Of a DNA stretch of 26,259 nucleotides, positions 8,520 to 19,499 are shown piece after piece (positions within the stretch are counted from its first letter, which is position 1; each line of letters opens with the position of its first letter). A program made the translations under genes and the position numbers. The notes beneath the pieces are model-generated. The model saw only the letters and a program-made list of their open reading frames with translations. It did no database searches and had not been told where the DNA came from. This DNA comes from Paraphysomonas bandaiensis (Eukaryota; Protista; Chrysophyceae), in NCBI GenBank assembly GCA_965644295.1, contig CBFFRP010000511.1, forward strand, positions 1 to 26,259, in the 5' to 3' direction.

Positions 8520-10723
8520 TCATATGGAGACATCCATCCTTGCCACGTCCGAGTTGGCATTCGTCGCACAATGTAACATGCAGTTTGATAAGCATCAAAC
8601 CAGAACGACTTTGGAAGTCCAGATGCCGTCAACATCGTCAGTGTCATCTCCCCAATTGTTCGGAATTTCCTCTCAGACACCGCGTTGAGCTCTGGCGTGT
8701 CTCGTGTTGTATGTGACACCCGAGTCCCATATCGCTGCAACAGATACTCTCTTATCTGCTGACTAATAAGTTCGGATCCTCCATCGGCATGATACTCCAC
8801 TATACGGTTCCACCCCTCGTACTTCACTAAGTGGACCTCGCACAAGTGTCGTAGACATTTGAACACCTCCTCTCCGCTTCGAGTCCTCAATCCATATTCC
8901 CATATCATCTTTGTTGCTAAGTCCGTAAATAGGAGCACGTACTTATACCCTTGTCTGGATTCACAATTGAGATAGACGGAGATGTCCGCTGTTACTCTTT
9001 CCAGGAACCTGACTGCGCTTAGCTCTTCGTTGTCCCGTGATTTGAACGAATGCCTGGTTATCTTCGCCTTGGCACACCATTTACACAGGGGTTTCTTGCA
9101 ACTCTTCTCCTTTGCCTTCGAAAGGTGATGTCGTTGTAGTCCTGATCCTCTGAATAACATGTGTCGGTGAGCTTCTATTAACTTCGATTTCGAGACATGT
9201 CCAGTACGCTCATGTAAGCGATCCAACGCATCTTGTCCTGTATTATCCGACAAATTTACCTCCTCTATCTGATTGCACATAGACACATTTGGCAGATTTA
9301 ACACCTCCATCAAGTCCACATACGGCATCCCTCCATGCTCATCGTACTCTCCAGTCAACACCTCGTTTCCAGAGTCCAATTCCACGATTTTAGGCTTTCG
9401 AAGCAGTTGTAATCCGTATCCCATTGATCTCAGCATCCCTCCTGACACAATGTTCTTCACCGCTTCTTCACTAACTCTGATGTCTCTCCATTCCCCGAAT
9501 GTACCAGTTCCCTGTGTCTCCAATTGAGAACCCTTTCTAGTTAGTTGGATTGCCCCAAACTCAGGAGTAAATGACTCCAGTGCAATTTTATCCTTTACTA
9601 TAAACAGTCTTTTACTTGCACAACTGTCCAGATATACACGAGGTTCTTCCGACGTATCCACCGATAGCAAAACCTCTTCTCCAAACAAATTCGCTTCATC
9701 ATCCGACGACTCTCCGTCGTTGACGTATTTCTTCCATTCTGTCTCGAATTTCCTGTTCGATTTTCGAGGATTCTCATTATCCGGGTTTTTTATGTTCTTC
9801 CGTTTTTTCGACTTGCACTGTCGGGCTTTGTGACTAAAATCTCCACAGATATGACAACCAGTATAATCCTTTGATCCTGGCTGCTGCACACTCTTCGAAG
9901 CCTTTTCCTTTGTCTTCCCTTTTCTTTTGAACTTGTCCATTTTTCTTTGTCGTTCCTTAGCATAACAATTCGCTGCTACATGTCCCTTCTTCCGACAAAA
10001 TGAACAAACCACTGGCTCCTTCGACGCCGTAAAATTGATCTCTTCAGATTTGTCTCCCTTTAGTTTCTTCAGCTGCGTCATAGCCTCGTCATACTCTTCA
10101 CAAGCCTCTTTCACCGAATCAAATGTAGTTGTTGCTTTAGGCATCATCGCTACCGACATCCATAAATCATGTAATTCCTCTATCTGCAGCGCTGCTTTTA
10201 TCTTTGCTAATTTACTTGCCTCTGTCTGCGGTTGTCCCAATTTTATGAGCTTCTGGATTATACCGTTCAGTCGATCTACCCCAACAGACACCTTTTCCCC
10301 CGGCCTTATTTTGAACGAATGGTATTCTGCCGTAGTCTTCTCCAATACAGTCCCAATCTCGCCTCTGAACCTATCAACCAGTGTCTGAAGGAGCTCACTG
10401 GATAACACCTCCTTAGCAGGATCATCAGCAGGTAAAATTGCCTTCCCCTCCAAATATTGATTGGCTACCTCCAACACATCAGGGTCATGCTCGCAAGCCT
10501 CCCAAATAGTACTAACACAGGTATCATTACGCTCTCTCCATGACTCTAAATTCCTTCCTCCGGCTGGCGGGTCCTCCAAGCCAAGATGGTTTCGGTTTTT
10601 CTTCATTAGATGCATCTTGATTTTTCTCGCTGAATAGTCTGCTTGGTTCTTGTCAAACCGTAGCTTCTTGTCATCTTCCCCATCCCTACAACTATCACTC
10701 GCTACCATAACAGAAGTTGACAT
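8450..10723 (-). CDS. Copia gag-protease-integrase (likely start ATG at 10708 or 10723)
   Basis: Two CCHC knuckles (CSFCRKKGHVAANC, CHICGDFSHKARQC), protease YLDSCAS, integrase HHCC (HERTGH...CKWC) and core D..D..E (TADI, HADGGSE, NAVSERK). Confidence 0.95.
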   Translation of the reverse strand: MSTSVMVASDSCRDGEDDKKLRFDKNQADYSARKIKMHLMKKNRNHLGLEDPPAGGRNLESWRERNDTCVSTIWEACEHDPDVLEVANQYLEGKAILPADDPAKEVLSSELLQTLVDRFRGEIGTVLEKTTAEYHSFKIRPGEKVSVGVDRLNGIIQKLIKLGQPQTEASKLAKIKAALQIEELHDLWMSVAMMPKATTTFDSVKEACEEYDEAMTQLKKLKGDKSEEINFTASKEPVVCSFCRKKGHVAANCYAKERQRKMDKFKRKGKTKEKASKSVQQPGSKDYTGCHICGDFSHKARQCKSKKRKNIKNPDNENPRKSNRKFETEWKKYVNDGESSDDEANLFGEEVLLSVDTSEEPRVYLDSCASKRLFIVKDKIALESFTPEFGAIQLTRKGSQLETQGTGTFGEWRDIRVSEEAVKNIVSGGMLRSMGYGLQLLRKPKIVELDSGNEVLTGEYDEHGGMPYVDLMEVLNLPNVSMCNQIEEVNLSDNTGQDALDRLHERTGHVSKSKLIEAHRHMLFRGSGLQRHHLSKAKEKSCKKPLCKWCAKAKITRHSFKSRDNEELSAVRFLERVTADISVYLNCESRQGYKYVLLFTDLATKMIWEYGLRTRSGEEVFKCLRHLCEVHLVKYEGWNRIVEYHADGGSELISQQIREYLLQRYGTRVSHTTRDTPELNAVSERKFRTIGEMTLTMLTASGLPKSFWFDAYQTACYIVRRMPTRTWQGWMSPYECVPGGAFPAYRGYGNGGAKHMC
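10698..10707 (-). other. Primer-binding site TGGTAGCGAG (probably initiator tRNA-Met)
   Basis: Immediately follows the 5' LTR. The first 8 nt equal the yeast Ty1 tRNAi-Met PBS (TGGTAGCG-CC). Confidence 0.85.
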
Positions 10724-11000
10724 TATTTGCTAAGGTTTTCTATTCTCAACTGATAAGATGAAATTATAAACATTACATGATAAAGAACCTAAGTTGTGTT
10801 CGATGTGTTCAACACCATTCATTTACTACTATAGTGTACAAACCACCCACTCAGTGATCGTATCCTGTATAGTCATCCACTTCTACTTCAGTTTCATACT
10901 ACATAATATAATGTACTAATTACATATATATCTTTCGATCCTTGCATCTCACATAATACTGCACTCAATTGCAAGTATATAGAATCTTCAGATCTCAACA
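10708..11000 (-). repeat. 5' LTR of copia element
   Basis: Identical to 5708-6000; PBS on the inner side and TSD CGCTC on the outer side. Confidence 0.97.
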
Positions 11001-11005
11001 CGCTC

Positions 11006-11319
11006 AGGACCTTAATACAGAACCCTGTACCTCAGAGCCAGGCGGAACCTTATCCCAAGGGGAGACCCCCGGACAACACGCGCCAGTGAGTCCTCAGACA
11101 CACGAGCAGGGCGAACTCACACACAACATCAAGAACGGAAGTGGTTGCACCTTGGTGCTTGCGGCGACGCACAAGCAGCTTCTGTAGCGCTAAATAGTAG
11201 GATAATAGAATTTGTGCTGATTAGTTATGGGTAGAGGTCTAACTAGTAGATCTAGCATTCAACTAGCCACTGTATCGGAATGAGTTTTTAACGCCTATTG
11301 CTAAATAAAAAGACTTTCA
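11006..11319 (+). mobile_element. 3' end of LINE copy B (ORF end and 3' UTR)
   Basis: Removing the copia and one TSD restores the frame ...LGTL-RTLIQNPVPQSQAEPYPKGRPPDNTRQ-stop (TGA 11087-11089). The structured motif (11137-11183) and the terminus AATAAAAAGACTTTCA follow. Confidence 0.88.
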
Positions 11320-11322
11320 ATA

Positions 11323-11582
11323 TCCGTTACTCAAAGAATACAGTAGTAGCTAGCTGTATTATGAGAACCAATAATATAATAGCCATTGTAGTGATGAAAC
11401 TGAAATATACTGACTGTACAAGATAGTGACGATGTAAGATCGTACTAGAAATGGTTGGTGTAGTAGAGATAAAAAAGAGTTGGTGAACGTCAATGCATGA
11501 AGTATGGTAACTCTCATAATTATATACTATTCTATATAAGTGTTTATCAAGGTCTTATTATTGGAAATGTCAATTTCTAACA
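11323..11582 (+). repeat. Possible degenerate solo LTR related to the copia LTRs
   Basis: TGTAGTGATGAAACTGAAATATACTGACTGTACAAGATA and AATGTCAATTTCTAACA resemble LTR segments TGTAGTATGAAACTGAAG...TGACTATACAGGATA and AATGTCAACTTCTGTTA. CAATA flanks both sides (11318-11322, 11583-11587), but the 5' end is TC rather than TG. Confidence 0.4.
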
Positions 11583-11776
11583 CAATAGTCAATATTGCAA
11601 TTATATAGCGGAACTCAACATTTCCGACCTATACTAGCAGTAGAAGGGGAAAATCCGCAATTATTATGCCATTCCTTTATGCAGTAGTTGAATATACAAC
11701 TATTGATATATTGATCTGACTGACGACTACATGAAATGAAAATCAAGCCTCATGCTATCATGAATACAAAAACTAC

Positions 11777-12829
11777 TTAAAACGTTTCGTGTCGATGCGT
11801 CATTTCAGCCCCTGATGACAACAAACTGTAATCGTCGGCCTGCTGCTTCCTGAGGTCTGTAATCTTGTAGATCATGTAACCAATAACTCCGACGAGCACC
11901 ACTGTTATAATGAGAAGGGTAATAAGGAGTGCCAGTTGGACCGCAAACCCATTATATGATTCGTCATCTGAGCCGCTAGAGGTACAGGAGCTACCTGAGT
12001 ATCCAGCGTTACAGTAGCAGTAAGACTTCTTGTTGACTGAGTCATAAGCGCAATGCCCATGAGAGTTGCAAAGCCCATTTTTCGTTATCGGACACTCCTA
12101 AAATATACCATGTGCGTAAGAAACACATAAATACAAATAGTCACATACCGTGGGACAACCGTGGTAGCTCTTCATTACCATGTGATACTGACATTTTTCT
12201 GGCTCCTGGGCCGATACAATAGCGGATTCCACGTTGCTACACATGAGGTCAATAGTGGCTGATCGCAACCGGCCAACGCTTTGACACTTCTCGCCCAGGG
12301 CATAGGTCATCGACACACCAACGGTAGGGTCTTTCTCGTCAATCAATTTGTAAGACAAATCATCATTACTGGGGTCGTACTTTCCAATCACATAACAGTC
12401 AGAATAAGTAGCGTACGTCATGTACTGGAGGGCAACGGCACTAGTAATTCCCTTTGATTTGCACACATCAGGAATGTATTCTGCACCAATGTTGGAACAA
12501 AAATTCCACTCATACGAAAAGCTAGGCTCTTCCTCGGGAGTACACGGAATATCTCCATCTAAGATACTGTAAGGCTTCTCTGTCTCTTTCAACGTTAATG
12601 CTTTTAAATCGTAATGAGCCCCTATGCAAATATTCAATCAGCACAAAGTATTCGAACATCAAACGAGTTAATAGCTGTACCCGTAAGGCTCTTCCATTCA
12701 CACTGTATATATATTAGTACATAAGCATTACATGTACTGCATGTAAACCCATACCGGAATATCTTTCTTGGATGCATGGACCACAACAAACAGAGGGATA
12801 AAGAGTTGACGAAATCCTGAAAAAAACAT
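11777..12829 (-). CDS. Type I membrane protein: signal peptide, mannose-6-phosphate-receptor-homology (MRH/ATG27-like) domain, EGF-like domain, TM helix, YxxL tail; exons 12829-12755, 12702-12681, 12621-12149, 12097-11777
   Basis: Three GT-AG introns (52, 59, 51 nt) join an open frame MFFSGFRQLFIPLFVVVHA...GAHYDL...YEWNFC...GVSMTYALGEKC...EPEKCQYHMVMKSYHGCP-TECP...CNSHGHC...CYCNAGYSGSSC...LALLITLLIITVVLVGVIGYMIY...DYSLL...ETF-stop. Confidence 0.85.
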
Positions 12830-13396
12830 TGGTGGGAATTGAAGTGGAATCACCTACACTGTACACGCAACGGAATAATGCAGTAGTGATGTTGCGTCTA
12901 AGCAATCACTAAATAAGTGAAGTGTACGTCTTTGCAATGGGTTTTGTTAAAAAAGCGCTGATGATGATTTTTGCATATCACTTTTGTGACCTGTACTGCT
13001 GTACATATCCCTTCTCATCACTCAAAATCCTGTGTTTCGAAATTTACGTACTCTAGAAATATCAGGTGTTTACGAAATTTATATGCCTATTTACAGCCCA
13101 CTCGCGATATAACGCGATTCCTATACTGTATCGCTATGGCACTATATCGCGATTTTCTTTCGCGAACAGCGCAATATATACTATAAAACCCGGGTTTTTA
13201 TTTTTCACTGTTGGTTTGGTGATGGTAGATATACCACCATATCCTATATGCAAGAGCACCACTGTCAAAAATACATTCACTACTGTCTGTACTTGCCAAT
13301 TATCATCTTTCTGGAATGTATTTTATTTCACTGGGCTGTAATGCTAGGGCAGCTGCTACTTTAATAGTTGAAGGAGTTATAAATTGATATTGTGCT
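12830..13396. promoter_or_regulatory. Putative bidirectional promoter between divergent genes
   Basis: 567 bp between the two ATGs. Clustered TCGCGA palindromes (13102, 13147, 13160) and AAAACCCGGGTTTT (13185-13198). Confidence 0.5.
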
Positions 13397-16300
13397 ATGG
13401 ATGCAGCAGCTGCTCATTTACTGGACTTTTCTACAGATCTGGACATTGAGCTTTTGGATCAGATCGTGTCAATAGCTTATGATCCGTCCCATCCCCAACG
13501 GGGCGCTGCTAATGATTTCTTGGTGAGAATGAAGGATCATCCTGACATGTGGAAGAGGGCGGATGGGATGTTGGAGACATCAAATAATGCTGCAACGAGG
13601 TTTTTTGGATTGCAGGTTCTTGGAGACGCTATATCAACACGATGGAAAATATTACCAACCGAGCAACGAGAGGGCATTCGCAACTATATTGTGGGTAAGA
13701 TTATAAATTTATCCAGTAGTCCCCAGCTTCAGCGAGAAAACCATTCGTTTTTGTCTCGTTTGAACTTAGTGTTAGTTAGTATACTTAAGCAGGACTGGCC
13801 TCACAATTGGCCATCGTTTATATCCGATCTAGTTGGCTCATCCAAATCGTCAGAATCATTGTGTGAAAACAATATGCAAATTTTGCAGCTTTTATCAGAA
13901 GAAGTGTTTGATTTTTCAATATACACGATGACTGCAGCCAAGACGAAAAATATGAAGGAATCATTGTATGAAGAGTTCTCACAGGTTTTCGAATTGTGCC
14001 AATTCATTCTTGACGCGTCACAGAAAAAATCTCTTTTAACTGCAACCTTGAAGACACTTCAACGTTTTTTGTCTTGGATTCCACTTGGATATATATTTGA
14101 AACAGCATTGGTTAACGGTCTGATATCGGTATATTTTCCTCAACCAGCGTACAGGTATTTTTTTCTTAGCAATATAGTATGTGCTAATTTCTCTTAATAG
14201 AACCGCTACATTGGACTGTTTAACTGAAATTGCCTCTCTCCCTCCTGCTGATATTCCTGACGCATACCATCAAACCCTACAGATGCTTCTTGTAAACTTG
14301 ATTGACAAGCTCAAGGGAATCATACCATTGGACACCAACCTCGTGCAAGCGTATGACAATGGGACTGAGGAGGACTGCCTATTCGTATCGCGGCTCGCAC
14401 TCTTTCTTGGAACATTTCTTAAAAGTTATAGCTTCTTGTTTGAGGGCTCGAGGGATGAGCCTTTGCAACAGACTATTGTAGAAGCCTTAACGTATCTGGT
14501 GATGTGCTCGGAAGTCGATGATGAGGAAATTTTTAAGACCTGTTTAGAGTTTTGGTATTCATTCACTAAGGATTTACACTCGTCGGAAGATGCGCGGACA
14601 CGCTCTCATAATGCTGTGGGAAACATCTTGGGAGGAACTCTCTATGGCACGTCACAAACTCATACAAGTAAGGTTGCAGTGTACGGAAATATTCTGCACC
14701 GCCTACGGCACGTTATTATCGACAAGATGGCGAAACCTGAGGAAGTTATCGTCGTAGAGGATGAGAACGGAGATATTGTGCGCGAGATGACGAAAGACAC
14801 AGAGGTCATTGCTCAGTACAAGACAATGCGGGATGCTATTGTTTACTTAACCCATCTGAACTATGAAGATACGGAGGCCATTATGTTGGGTAAGCTAGAG
14901 CAACAGGTGGATGGAGGCATGTTTTCGTGGCAAGGGCTTAATACTTTGTGCTGGGCAATAGGGTCAATATCTGGTGCTATGGGTGAATCTGATGAGAAGC
15001 GATTTCTTGTGACAGTGATAAAGGACCTACTGCGACTTTGTGAAGAGCAACGAGGGAAAGATAATAAAGCTGTGGTGGCTTCTAATATTATGTATATTGT
15101 CGGTCAGTATCCGCGCTTTTTGCGGGCTCACTGGAAGTTTTTGAAGACTGTGGTAAATAAGCTGTTCGAATTCATGCACGAACACCATCCTGGAGTACAA
15201 GACATGGCGTGTGACACGTTCTTTAAAATTGCGCAGACGTGCAAGCGAAAATTTATGACCGTTCAAGTAGAGGACGACGTTATAGAACCTTTCATTCTCA
15301 CACTCATTGCTGATTTATACAAACATATTGCCGACCTGCAGCCCCATCAGGTGCAGGCATTTTACGAAGCTGTTGCATGCATGTTATCTGATCGCGGACG
15401 TGGTATTCGTATTAATCGTCAAGAAGTTATTGTGAAGCTCATGAAGCTTCCGAATTCCTCGTGGCAGGAGATTATGAACCAGGGAGGACAAGATGTTGAC
15501 AGTATGCTCCAACTAGACGTCGTGAAAGAACTTTCCAAGATTCTCAGAACCAACACCAAAGTATGCAGCGCTGCAGGATCCATTTATATTCACCAACTAT
15601 CGAATATTTTTCTCGACATGTTGAATGTATACCGCCTTTACAGTGAACGGATTTCTGAAGCCGTTCAGAAGCAAGGTGAAGTTGTGACAAGGTATACACT
15701 CTTCAAATCAATGCGTGGTGTGAAATCAGAGATTCTAGACCTTGTAACCACCTTCATTGAAACTTGCCCAGAGCTTGAAAATGGCCCGCAAGTTATTATG
15801 ACTACATTCATTCCAGCGCTTATGGTTGAAGTGTTATGTGATTATCAGAAAGCTGTTCCTTCAGCGAGAGATGCTAGAGTTCTTACGTTATTTGCAACAG
15901 CGATATCCAATCTTCGGGAACATATATCACAAGATGTTCCTCGTATCATGGAGGCCATCTTTGAACCAACCCTTGAAATGATCACGAAAAATATGATGGA
16001 TTACCCGGAGCACAGAATGGGGTTCTTCAAGTTTTTGCGAGAGGCAAACGAGCACTGTTTTTTCGGTCTCTTCAGTATTCCCCCACAACAACAGAAGTTA
16101 GTTGTTGATAGCATCGTGTGGGCATTCAAACACACGGAGAGAAATATATCTGAGACAGGTCTAGAGATACTACACGAGCTTCTGCAAAATGTAGGTCGCA
16201 CTAATGAACTCGCCCAGCCCTTTTATCAACAATTCCTGCTTCCTCTTACTCAAGATATACTGGGTATTATGACGGATAGGCTTCACAAAAGTGGCTTCAA

Positions 16301-16727
16301 GCTACAAGCGACTGTTCTGCAGCATATATGTTGTTTATTGGAGAAGGATCGTGCTGTTGCTCCTCTCTATGATCCTCAGGCGGATAATCATGCGCCTAGT
16401 CAAAAGGATGGATCGACAGACAACAAACAGTTCGTGATGGAATATATTGCCTGTCTTCTCACATCATCATTTCCAAATATGACGAAAACTCAGGTAATTG
16501 CCTTTGTGAAAGGTCTATTTAAAGTCTCTCACGACCTTGTGGCGTTTAAGCAACATCTCCGTGACTTCTTGGTAACAGTGAAGGAGTTTGAGGCTGAAGA
16601 TAACTCAGAACTTTATATTGAAGAAGTGGAAGGTGGTGCCGAGATGTTACGGCAGCAGCAGTGGGAGTACAGAGCCTCTGTGCCAGGTCTTCTCTCTCCC
16701 CAGGAGATTTTTGAATCTAATATGTAG
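13397..16727 (+). CDS. XPO1: Exportin-1 (CRM1); exons 13397-14154 and 14201-16727, about 1094 aa
   Basis: LLDFS..LDI.LLD N-terminus, KQDWPHNWPSFI, LCENNM.IL.LLSEEVFDFS, MAKPEEVIVVEDENG, DLLRLCEEQRGKDNKAVVASNIMYIVGQYPRFLRAHWKFLKTVVNKLFEFMHE, C-terminal VPGLL.P. A 46-nt GT-AG intron (14155-14200) restores the frame (YR|TATLDCLTEI). Confidence 0.98.
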
Positions 16728-16865
16728 AAATAGCAAATTTTCTCTCCATAGTGCGGAATGGTAAATATTAATTTTGTCAACTCCACATACAATAATTAGT
16801 CTCTGTTGCACTGATCTCTAAGAAGTCGTGCAGCTTAACACATTGATTCTGATAGTAACAGTAAC

Positions 16866-17317
16866 TGTTGAGATTTGAAGATTCAATGTTGTTGCAATTG
16901 AGTGCAGTATTATGTGAGATGCGAGGATCGAAAGATATATCTATAATATATATGTAATTAGTATATTATGTATATTGTAGAATGAAACTGGAGTATATAT
17001 ATGTTGGTGACTATACAGGATACGATTACTGACTGTGTGGTTCGTATATTATAGAAGTAAACGATTGGTGTTGAATACAACTTAGGTCCTTTATCATGCA
17101 ATGTTATAATTACAATCTTATAAATTGAAAACAACAGCAAACCTTAGCGAATAATATCAACTTTTGTTATGGTAGCGAACGATAGTCGTAGGATGGGGAA
17201 GAGGACAAGAAGCTACAGTTTGACAAAAACCAGGCGGAGTATTCAGCCAGAAAATAGATGCTTTTGATAAAGAAAAATAGAAACCATCTTGGCTTGGAGG
17301 ACCCGCAAGCCGAAAGA
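16866..17317 (+). mobile_element. Degenerate 5' fragment (LTR 16866-17169, PBS, gag start) of the same copia family
   Basis: TGTTGAGATTTGAAG...CTTTTGTTA then TGGTAGCGA. Gag remnant GEEDKKLQFDKNQAEYSARK...KKNRNHLGLEDP aligns with the intact element, with frameshifts. Confidence 0.92.
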
Positions 17318-18040
17318 TATTAGAACATGGATCTTATTCTAGTATATTCAGTATGTCACTTGAAGACAATGTACGATAATACAGTGATATATATAGTGAT
17401 GTACAAATGCTGTGATGATATTGAGAAACTGAAATAGTTTGATCTTTCAAGATATGTTTAGTAACGAGAGGTTCACATAATATGTAGGAGATTATGCGTG
17501 GAACAAATGAGTTTGTGTTGTTTATCACAACTTCGTGTAAACGATATTAATTAATTAATTAATCTAGTCTAACGACAAATTCTCTCTGAGATCTAGTTAA
17601 GAATGCAATTTCCAACATGATAGCGAGCGAGGAGGAGAGAAGGAGGATAGCAGAGTAGTTCCGCAGTTCAACGAGAATAACGTTGAACAATAGATCGAGG
17701 ATTTTCAGACATTCCTCAAGAGAAAAGAGCAGAGTGAAGTAGCGGTGGAATCAAAGCGACTTCGGGGAACAGCGACTCACGTTAATGGAGGAGAAGGCTT
17801 ACAGACAGGTTGTGTGAAGAAGTACTGGAAGGCGAATGCCATAGCTTATTCGTATTCCATCTATTGCATAAAGAGTTCAAGGCTGATGGAAGTGGAAAAG
17901 TAACAGGTTTAAAGCACATGTTATTATGATTGATGAATTGAAGAAATGTTTTGCTGGAGGAAAGCAGTACAAGATCAATGAACTGTTAACTCAATACGGT
18001 TCGAAATACTGCTGAAAGAACTACAGGACCAGCAGGACAT
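17318..18040 (+). mobile_element. Degenerate fragment of a second copia family nested in the previous remnant (LTR about 17318-17617, PBS-like 17618-17627, decayed gag)
   Basis: Gag homology stops abruptly at TATTAGAAC. 300 bp later comes ...TTCCAACA-TGATAGCGAG, then purine-rich decayed coding sequence (VPQFNENNVEQ*IEDFQTFLKRK). Right boundary is uncertain. Confidence 0.6.
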
Positions 18041-19499
18041 GTCACACGACTACGAGAAGGTTTTGGTTGCACATTATTGTATGACAGCGATGAGAGGATA
18101 TTTTCCTATATCTGTAGAGGAGTGAGAGGGCTCTATATGCAATCTGTATATTTGGACTGCTCTGATCTCCTCTGTATACATACGTACAGAGCAGCACACA
18201 CACAGCTGAATGAGAGCATACAGAAGACGAGACACCAGATTGCTGTGTATTTATGTAATTCTCTGCCCTACGATGGCAAATACAGTCCAACATAAAGTTT
18301 CACCCTATTAACCAGCTCCAAGCCCAATGTCTCTATTGAGACCGTGGCTGAGTCACATCAGTGTGCCCAGGGCCTTTTACACTCCCTTACTGCTGCATTT
18401 TGTTGACCACCACGCTTCCGACAAATTACCTGTCACACCATGTTGTACACGCTCCAAGCCCCCCTGCCTGGCCTTGCAACCTTCACCCTACTCAACTACT
18501 TCAGTTAAACCACGTGCCTGCACCAATGCAGCGCTGACCGCACCTATGTGCTATCCCCTCAGCAGACAACTTCGTCTCACCCATCGCTTTCTACGGCTAC
18601 AACCTCTCAGAACGTGGCTCGTGCGAGCAGATCCACGCAAACGGCCCCCATGTACCTTCTCTGCAACCCCTGTCTCCTCTCGACACCTCTCCACTGCACA
18701 ACAGGGCCGTCTCCTGACGACAACCCAGCCCAACCCAACATGGTTTGTCTGTGGTCCATCCACCCAGCAGGCTACCCCCTCACCCTGTTCACCTATCACC
18801 CCCACAGCCCATCCATCTCATTGGATAGACACTGTATTCCGCATACGGTATACTCGACTACTGTACTACTGTGTCCTACAGGATGTATACCATTCCGTGT
18901 ATACCTCTAGGAAGTAGGGTCCCAACTAATGCCGATTTCAGATTTTTTGGTTCCTGCTTGTGCCGATTTTTTTTATAGAAAAGTGCACGATTGGTATGAA
19001 GATTAACTGACTTCAGGCAGATCTCTCATACATACATGCACTGAGTCACACATTGCACATAAGGTTGCACATTATACTGCGCACCATTCATATCAGACAA
19101 TGTCACAACAGTATCAATGTAAGCTCGTGCCCAATACATAACGTAGGGGCTCTGAATCCATGCCGTTGTTGGGACCATCGACCAGTCAGCAGCGATATCG
19201 CAACAACAAGGGATCTTCCTGACTATGTGCCTCATAGGACAGTAGTGAATCGTGTACTTTGATCATTGGGAGACTCGCCTTTGCCTGATAAAGTATCTAG
19301 GAAGGATGGAAACATACCAACTATGACCAGAGAGAGGTCTCATGGTTGGAGGTATGAAACTGGGGTTAAGCTCCTATCTCTACGGTGAATCTACACTCTG
19401 AAGGAGCGCAAAATATTTGTTTGCAAGGTAGTTGTTATTTTGTGCTTATCTACTTGTGTATATGTCTACGATTTATAATATCATGTATATCTAGTTGCC

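Larger units (their letters stand above)
5708..11000 (-). mobile_element. Full-length Ty1/copia LTR retrotransposon, recent insertion
   Basis: Identical 293-bp LTRs, 5-bp TSD CGCTC (5703-5707 and 11001-11005), PBS, PPT, and domain order gag-PR-IN-RT-RH. Confidence 0.98.

Noticed and set aside
14181-14200. ORF-track start of the 848-aa ORF as a separate gene
   Set aside because: It lies inside the XPO1 intron; the two ORFs are exons of one gene.
14980-15190. Possible unusual NES-groove residues in XPO1
   Set aside because: The groove is canonical, including the leptomycin-B-reactive cysteine (DLLRLCE) and LFEFMHE.
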